From Candidatus Omnitrophota bacterium (GTDB taxonomy: Bacteria; Omnitrophota; Omnitrophia; Omnitrophales; Aquincolibacteriaceae): DNA of 64,000 nucleotides. The notes beneath the pieces were generated by a model. That model was given only the letters and a program-made list of their open reading frames with translations. It had not been told where the DNA came from and did not search any database. Positions 58,726 through 64,000 of the stretch are shown here, in pieces. The translations under genes and the position numbers were made by a program. The stretch spans positions 73,199-137,198 of the forward strand of contig JAKLFP010000003.1 in assembly GCA_022711115.1 (NCBI GenBank). Reading direction: 5' to 3'. The number at the start of each line of letters is the position of its first letter. The first letter of the stretch is position 1.

Positions 58726-58983
58726 TTACGTCTCTTTTCTTAAGACAGGATTGTCCCGGCGTAACTTTTTATGAGCTTTCACATAAAGGTCCTCGACTTT
58801 TTTCCGGGCCCATGGCGTTTTTCTCAAGAAGGTCAGGCTGGATTTAATACTCGGATCAAAAAGAAAACACCGGACCGGGATACGCTTTCCCATCTCCTCC
58901 CAGCCGAAATGTCCCACCAGTCGGTTCAGGATTTCTTCCAGTGTCACGCCATGCAACGGGTCTTTGATATTCTGGTGCGGCAA
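58726..58983 (-). CDS. conserved small protein (DUF2132/VF530-like)
   Basis: DPLHGVTLEEILNRLVGHFGWEEMGKRIPVRCFLFDPSIKSSLTFLRKTPWARKKVEDLY matches a widely conserved ~80-aa family. Confidence 0.55.
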   Translation of the reverse strand: MPHQNIKDPLHGVTLEEILNRLVGHFGWEEMGKRIPVRCFLFDPSIKSSLTFLRKTPWARKKVEDLYVKAHKKLRRDNPVLRKET

Positions 58984-59473
58984 AATACCACCTTGGTTTT
59001 TAATTTTTCGGAATCGTCAGGGATGCATTGTACTATTTTGAGGCGTTTCTTTGAAACAAATCTCGATTTCGTTAGGATGATGCAAGAATCACCCTATACT
59101 GTCCCCTTCTTCAAAAAGGGGGTGATCCGATTGGGTAACAAGAGCAATTCAAAAAGAGAAGTGAAAAAGAAAAAAGGTTCCTTTAAGAGCAAAAAGAAAT
59201 AATCTTAAAAAAGAATTCGGAGGCGTTGCTGTTCCGCAGCGTCTCCGTTTTTTTGCCTGGCCTTTTTTTTATTGCGTTTGGTACTGCGCCGTCGGGACTC
59301 GGATGTCCCGTACGCCGGCTGTATCACCTAAAGGGTGGTGCGGGAATAAACGTACGGCGTTGTCATTTCACTCTGACAACGTATTACTGGCACATCGGGG
59401 CCAGTGCCCCGCTGCCATTCGTAACAAAAAAGGCCACGGCGCATTTAGCAGCCCCTGTGGGATCGCAAAAAAA

Positions 59474-59537
59474 CAGGAGGCGTTACTCTGGGTGCCAAGC
59501 TGTCCGCTAGGCATGGCTCTGGCAGTAACGCCTCCTT
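59474..59537 (+). repeat. ~64-bp palindromic repeat H3
   Basis: caggaggcgttactctgggtgccaagctgtccgctaggcatggctctggcagtaacgcctcctt. Confidence 0.7.
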
Positions 59538-59551
59538 AGTTTCTCGGGTTT

Positions 59552-59598
59552 TTTATTTAGCCGCTTACCCCTCCCCTCCGGACGCCATCCGGTTTTTT
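59552..59598 (+). repeat. P repeat copy 2
   Basis: tttatttagccgcttacccctcccctccggacgccatccggtttttt. Confidence 0.6.
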
Positions 59599-59722
59599 CA
59601 GCTCCGATGATAACTTTTCAGTGAGCCTAATTCAGGATTTCCCTCAGCAACCGATACTTTAATTGTCGCTGAAAAGAAAGCTAAGATCTTCAGAAGGCAT
59701 GCAAAATGACAAGGAGAGCAAA

Positions 59723-60025
59723 ATGAATGAGTCGAATGAGTCTAAGCAACCCCTCATACTTCCCCTAAATATCGATAAAGTTTATATCATTTATTATGGA
59801 AATAATGGTTGGGTCGTTGGAAAATTTATTGAAACCGTAAATAGTGGAGGCGGGGTTCTGCTTAAGATTAATCAATTGTCTGATGGATTTGGCCACCAAA
59901 AGCATCATTTCATTAATCCGGCTTACGTCACCGATATAATCGAGTTCGATTCTTATGATGAGTATAAAAAACATTTTGATGATTGGAAAGAGGACGAAAA
60001 GCTGAGAAAGTTTAAGAACGATTAA
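59723..60025 (+). CDS. hypothetical AT-rich small protein
   Basis: Start MNESNESKQ with AAGGAGAG RBS; flanked by P2 upstream and H4 12 nt downstream. Confidence 0.45.
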   Translation: MNESNESKQPLILPLNIDKVYIIYYGNNGWVVGKFIETVNSGGGVLLKINQLSDGFGHQKHHFINPAYVTDIIEFDSYDEYKKHFDDWKEDEKLRKFKND

Positions 60026-60036
60026 CCCACGGGAAA

Positions 60037-60099
60037 CAGGAGGCGTTACTGCCGGTGCCAAGCCGTCCGCCAGCATGGCACCGGCAGTAACGCCTCCTT
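60037..60099 (+). repeat. ~64-bp palindromic repeat H4 (perfect 23-bp stem)
   Basis: caggaggcgttactgccggtgcca-agccgtccgccagca-tggcaccggcagtaacgcctcctt. Confidence 0.75.
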
Positions 60100-60120
60100 A
60101 GTCCTGTTGTTATGAACGAT

Positions 60121-60975
60121 TTACTTCTTTCTTCGTATTTTATAGAATCCCCCGCTGAGGGCTCCGATGCCCAAAAGCAATAACGTCGCCGGTTCAGGGA
60201 CACAAGTTCCTTTGATATTACCGCTGACAGTGATCCAGTCTTTCACACAGGTAACTCTCGCCAAATACATTTGGGCGGAGGTGTTGCATTCACCATCCAG
60301 ACACGGGAAATAGTCCAGCGGGATACTCCCCTCCAAAACCCAGCGATTGATTCCATTATTCAAATAGCGGTTGAACAGACTATAGGTTCCTACAGAAGTT
60401 CCGGTTTTAACATGAAACGGGAACCAGATCGGATTTGATTTTTTCCAGTACTCGCCATACCATTTTTCAACAAGATAAACGTTTCTGCTTGCCAATGTGT
60501 TTTTGGGAACATTAGCGATATCGATGCCATAAGTAAAATAACCGGTTCGATAACTGGCACTAGCCTGCGTTTCACCGCTCTTCAGAATTTGATCATATGT
60601 CAAAGTTCTGAAATCCAGGCCGATATCCTCATGCGCCCAAGTCCCGATGAATGAGTTAGCAGAGACGACCGCAAAGTACAAATTGTCTGCATCCGAATCA
60701 AAATACATCGCCGATAGATCATAAGCGGTATTCCAATCGGAGTGTGCACGACCCCACCCGTTTTCAATCGCAGCGGCGGCCGTCGAGCTGTCAGGTTTCC
60801 AATCATTCAGTGCCAAGTTTATTCCCCAATCCTCCAGATTGCCGTCTAATGAAATAGCCAATGAAAATCCAGTTGCACTGTGGCTAAAAATACAAACGGC
60901 AAAAAACGCCAAGATGGAAAAAAACCTGTAAAATCCTAAACCGCTAAAAGATTTTGACCTGTGTCTCTCTGTCAT
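60121..60975 (-). CDS. PEP-CTERM sorting-domain secreted protein
   Basis: C-terminal CVPEPATLLLLGIGALSGGFYKIRRKK; N-terminal hydrophobic signal-like segment. Confidence 0.65.
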   Translation of the reverse strand: MTERHRSKSFSGLGFYRFFSILAFFAVCIFSHSATGFSLAISLDGNLEDWGINLALNDWKPDSSTAAAAIENGWGRAHSDWNTAYDLSAMYFDSDADNLYFAVVSANSFIGTWAHEDIGLDFRTLTYDQILKSGETQASASYRTGYFTYGIDIANVPKNTLASRNVYLVEKWYGEYWKKSNPIWFPFHVKTGTSVGTYSLFNRYLNNGINRWVLEGSIPLDYFPCLDGECNTSAQMYLARVTCVKDWITVSGNIKGTCVPEPATLLLLGIGALSGGFYKIRRKK

Positions 60976-61515
60976 ATATACCTTTTATATACCTTTCCGA
61001 AGCTCTCTCGTCAGGGTTTCATTCTATTTTTGAAATTTATATAGCCTGCCCTGATTTGAGTGCCATGTTTGATTTTATGAACATATAAGAACATTATTAA
61101 AATTCATAAATCTGAAGCATAAATCGTGCCATGTTGTTCTGATCATAAATTGTTATAAATTGATATAAGAAAACACCTATCCCACATAATGAATGTCTTT
61201 TTTTTTAATCATCCTGTCGATTTGTATCAATGCCTGACATGCCTCTGGCCAGAGAACTGAACGTAAGCGGCATAAGTGGTACTGGGAGAATCCGAGGGAC
61301 AAGTTGATTTAAGCACCAGAAAGCTTCTTATCCATTAACGATTCATACAGCCGTGTTGTTTCCACATACTGGTTAGCAGGATATTACCACCTTCGTTAAT
61401 AGTGTTGGTTTTAAAATGGGGTTTCTTTGAACTTTTTTCTGAGCAGACAATCAAGAGAAACAACGAAGGATTATGGCGTGCGATCTAGCTGACGAAAACG
61501 CAAAAATCCCAAGGG

Positions 61516-63912
61516 CTATTCATCATACCAAGGAATGGGAACTTTTTCCTGGCAATAGACACAGGTGACAATCATTTTGGCTTTCATTTTCATATTCATC
61601 GCGTAAAAAATGAGCGGCAAGCCAAGTAATAATACCGGCAGAAGAACAAACCCGCCGATCATGCAACACCAGTAAACCGTGGGATTAAAAGTTGACTTCC
61701 GGGTTTTCGGCATACGCAGCCGCCTGTTGCATTTCGGGCAGACATGTCCATGCATTTCTTCCGTACCCGCAATCACTGCCATGACCTCGGATGCGGCAGC
61801 TCGAACCTTTTCGCTTGGGTCTTTCAGCGCCGCTTTTAATGTCTCGATCGCTTCAGGCCCTCCGAAATCCGCGAGACTGCGAATGGCCCGCGCGCGGGTA
61901 TCCTCATCAGTATTCTTGAATGATCCGTCCAGCGATTTCAGATCCGCTTTTCCGCCAAGGCGTCCCATTAATTTTGCAGCGATTTCACGGACAGAAAGGT
62001 CCTTATCTTCCAGGCACTTCGTCAGTGCGGGTATGGGCAATTGGCGCATACCGCTGAGTGCCAGAACCGCCGCGTCAACGATGTACTTGTCTTTACTTCG
62101 CAAAAGTCCCACAAGAGGGTCGACGGCCCTTGGATCCATTTTTTTTGCCAGATACTTGCCTGCCTGGAGCCGAATAAAGGGTTCCGGATCATTAAGAACC
62201 TCAATCATGATGGCCGTCACCTTGGGATCCGAAAACCGGCTTAAGGCCTCCACCACTTTTTTCTGCACTTCTTGATTTTCATCTTTTAATTTTTCGGAGA
62301 GAGGCCCTATGGCTTTCGGACTCCCTATTCTGCCAAGAGATGTTGCAACGACCCGGCGAATGTAAGAACTTTTATCATTTAAATTGCCGATCAATTCGTC
62401 GACGACTTTTTCTCCCATCGCCGCAAGAGTCGTAGTTGCTTGAGCTTGGAGCTCGTGATTGCTTGAATCCGTTGCCACAAGAATAGGCCGGACCACTTCC
62501 GTGCCTCCGATCATTTGGAAAGCTTCAATCACCAAGTGGCGAATATTAGAATCTGGGTCCGTCGATAACGGCTTCAGCGCTTCAATGGCGGCTTTTCCCA
62601 TACGCCCCAGGGCCAAAATAGATTCCTGACGCATGGCAATGTCCGGCGATTTGAGCTTCGTCTCAATGGCCGGAATGGCCTTGGGGTCTTTTATTTTCCC
62701 TAAGAGCGTGATCGCCTCATAAGCAAGTTCCCTTCTCTCACCTGCGACCATTTCTATCAAAATATCAATGCCCGCACTGCCAAAGGAAGCGCAATAAGCT
62801 CCGGCTTTACTGCGCACCTCCGCAGAAGGATCTTTGATCATTTGAAATACAAGGTTGCGGTTTTTTTCATCTTTCCGGTGGATCAAACCCTCAACGGCAT
62901 AAAGCCTCACCATGGGATTTGTATCATGAAGAACCGCAGCGAGGGGTTCCACAGCGTCTTTTCCACCCATTTTGCTGAGTTTATAAGCTGCGAGTTCACG
63001 CACAGGTGCCTCTTGGCTTTTCAAATCCTCAATCAACTCGACCTCACTTTTTTTAACCTGTAAAAGACGAATGGATTCTTCTGCTTTCTCCTTGACCTGA
63101 GGATTGCTATCTAGGGCCGCTTTGTTGAGAGCGGGAATCGCCTCATCGTTGCCAAGATAACCCAGCGCCTGCGCTGCTTTCATCCGCACCGTCGGATTGG
63201 TGTCTTCAAGAGCATTGGCCATGGCCTGCACGACTTCCGGTTCTCGAAACATTTTTAGCGTATCAACCACTTTGATCCGGATCGACGCTTCGGTATCTTT
63301 CAACAGAGGGATAAGAGGCTCAATAAATTTCGACGACGCTTTTTTGTTAGCCACTTCCACCGCCTCCATCCGGACCACGTCGTTGGTATCACCCAGAAGT
63401 TGTATCACGAGAGGCATGACGTCCGAATCATGGATAAATTCCACAGCTTTGAGGATCTCTTCCCGAATTGCCGGGTCTCTGTGGTTGACGATCTCCTTCA
63501 GCAAGCGGACCCCTCTTTTGTCCTTCCGCACTCCGATCAGACTAATCCCCAATTTTTTGATTTCTGTATCTTCACTTTGAACAAGAGGCGCCAGCTGATC
63601 CATTCGAAGATCCTTGATGTGGCAAAGAAGGCGGTAGGCCCGCCTGCGAACTTCTTCTCCGCTCTTGATCATCATTTCAATGAGCGGAGTGGCGGTATAG
63701 TTTTCCATGTTAAAAAGAGAATCTTCGACGACTTTTTGGACGTCCGGATCGCTGTCACCGAGAGCTTCGATAAGGGCATTCACCGCATGCGGGTCGTCAA
63801 GTCTTCCAAGCGCTTGGGCTGCGGCCTTCCGGACAACAGAGGATTGCTGATCTTTCAGATTAGAAAGAAGCTCTTTAACATAATCAGGAACTTCTTCTTG
63901 AGGTGTCGGCAT
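61516..63912 (-). CDS. HEAT/PBS-lyase-repeat protein with C-terminal zinc ribbon and TM helix
   Basis: ~20 repeats of the AAxALGxIGDPxAVxxLIxxLxDxDxxVRxxA type; C-terminus CPKCNRRL...TM...CVYCQEKV. Confidence 0.7.
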   Translation of the reverse strand: MPTPQEEVPDYVKELLSNLKDQQSSVVRKAAAQALGRLDDPHAVNALIEALGDSDPDVQKVVEDSLFNMENYTATPLIEMMIKSGEEVRRRAYRLLCHIKDLRMDQLAPLVQSEDTEIKKLGISLIGVRKDKRGVRLLKEIVNHRDPAIREEILKAVEFIHDSDVMPLVIQLLGDTNDVVRMEAVEVANKKASSKFIEPLIPLLKDTEASIRIKVVDTLKMFREPEVVQAMANALEDTNPTVRMKAAQALGYLGNDEAIPALNKAALDSNPQVKEKAEESIRLLQVKKSEVELIEDLKSQEAPVRELAAYKLSKMGGKDAVEPLAAVLHDTNPMVRLYAVEGLIHRKDEKNRNLVFQMIKDPSAEVRSKAGAYCASFGSAGIDILIEMVAGERRELAYEAITLLGKIKDPKAIPAIETKLKSPDIAMRQESILALGRMGKAAIEALKPLSTDPDSNIRHLVIEAFQMIGGTEVVRPILVATDSSNHELQAQATTTLAAMGEKVVDELIGNLNDKSSYIRRVVATSLGRIGSPKAIGPLSEKLKDENQEVQKKVVEALSRFSDPKVTAIMIEVLNDPEPFIRLQAGKYLAKKMDPRAVDPLVGLLRSKDKYIVDAAVLALSGMRQLPIPALTKCLEDKDLSVREIAAKLMGRLGGKADLKSLDGSFKNTDEDTRARAIRSLADFGGPEAIETLKAALKDPSEKVRAAASEVMAVIAGTEEMHGHVCPKCNRRLRMPKTRKSTFNPTVYWCCMIGGFVLLPVLLLGLPLIFYAMNMKMKAKMIVTCVYCQEKVPIPWYDE

Positions 63913-64000
63913 ATTTTTTATGTCAATTTGTTATCGTTTGTATCAATGAACTTATTTTAGATTAAAAAAATATAAAAGCAACAATTACTTGCCCCAAAAC

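Noticed and set aside
58771-59202. 143-aa plus-strand ORF
   Set aside because: Antisense to the conserved DUF2132-like gene (58726-58983) and runs into a repeat-rich spacer; no RBS.
57485-60099. Integron cassette array (attC sites) interpretation of the H palindromic repeats
   Set aside because: attC sites have polarity 5'-RYYYAAC…GTTRRRY-3'. The H repeats read 5'-…GCGTTACT…AGTAACGC…-3' (GTT…AAC polarity) on either strand, there is no GTTRRRY core at cassette boundaries, and no IntI-type tyrosine recombinase or attI is present. Kept only as a 'cassette-like' description.
57571-60099. CRISPR array
   Set aside because: The repeats are ~64 bp and strongly palindromic throughout, the spacers are 0.8-1 kb and contain genes with RBSs, and there are no cas genes. 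Not CRISPR.

Overview
This 64-kb window looks like a diderm bacterium with strong AAAGGAG-type ribosome-binding sites. From ~437 to ~24.1 kb every gene is on the minus strand. That block contains an exopolysaccharide-type export module (HlyD-like adaptor, OpgH-like family-2 glycosyltransferase, TolC-like channel) followed by a co-linear type IV secretion / conjugation locus: VirB2, B3, B4, B5/TrbJ, B6, B8, B9, B10, a tandem-HTH regulator, a cargo block, a VirD4 coupling protein and a Replic_Relax-type putative relaxase. No VirB11, VirB1 or integrase is visible. The cargo block holds an Amidoligase_2 protein fused to a multi-zinc-ribbon array, a class-II-glutamine-amidotransferase-like partner, RadC and PC4-like small proteins.

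The conjugation locus carries a ~70-bp element present twice (upstream of the pilin operon and upstream of the mobilisation operon) and a perfect 14-bp-stem hairpin just upstream of the relaxase gene, which is a candidate oriT.

Downstream are a LacI-family regulator, an XRE / Cys-rich / receiver-domain trio and a TPR membrane protein. Then comes an AT-richer island encoding a 4439-aa secreted multidomain protein (beta-helix, YD-type repeats, DUF4214-like segment, internal TM hairpin, (alpha/alpha)6-like domain) whose C-terminus overlaps a small downstream ORF, suggesting a toxin/immunity pair. After that: a FadL-family outer-membrane protein, gpsA, a thioesterase, hrcA-grpE-dnaJ, an LTXXQ periplasmic protein, an ECF sigma / anti-sigma pair and a secreted 922-aa protein sharing the (alpha/alpha)6-like domain with the giant protein.

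The 3' part holds an initiator tRNA-fMet whose last 23 nt are repeated 1.45 kb downstream, bracketing an IS481-family element with imperfect 37-bp terminal inverted repeats. Next is a cassette-like array of four ~64-bp palindromic repeats and two ~46-bp repeats interleaved with PEP-CTERM and small genes, and finally a HEAT-repeat membrane protein.

I could not run any searches; family assignments are from motif recognition by eye and all coordinates are hand-derived.
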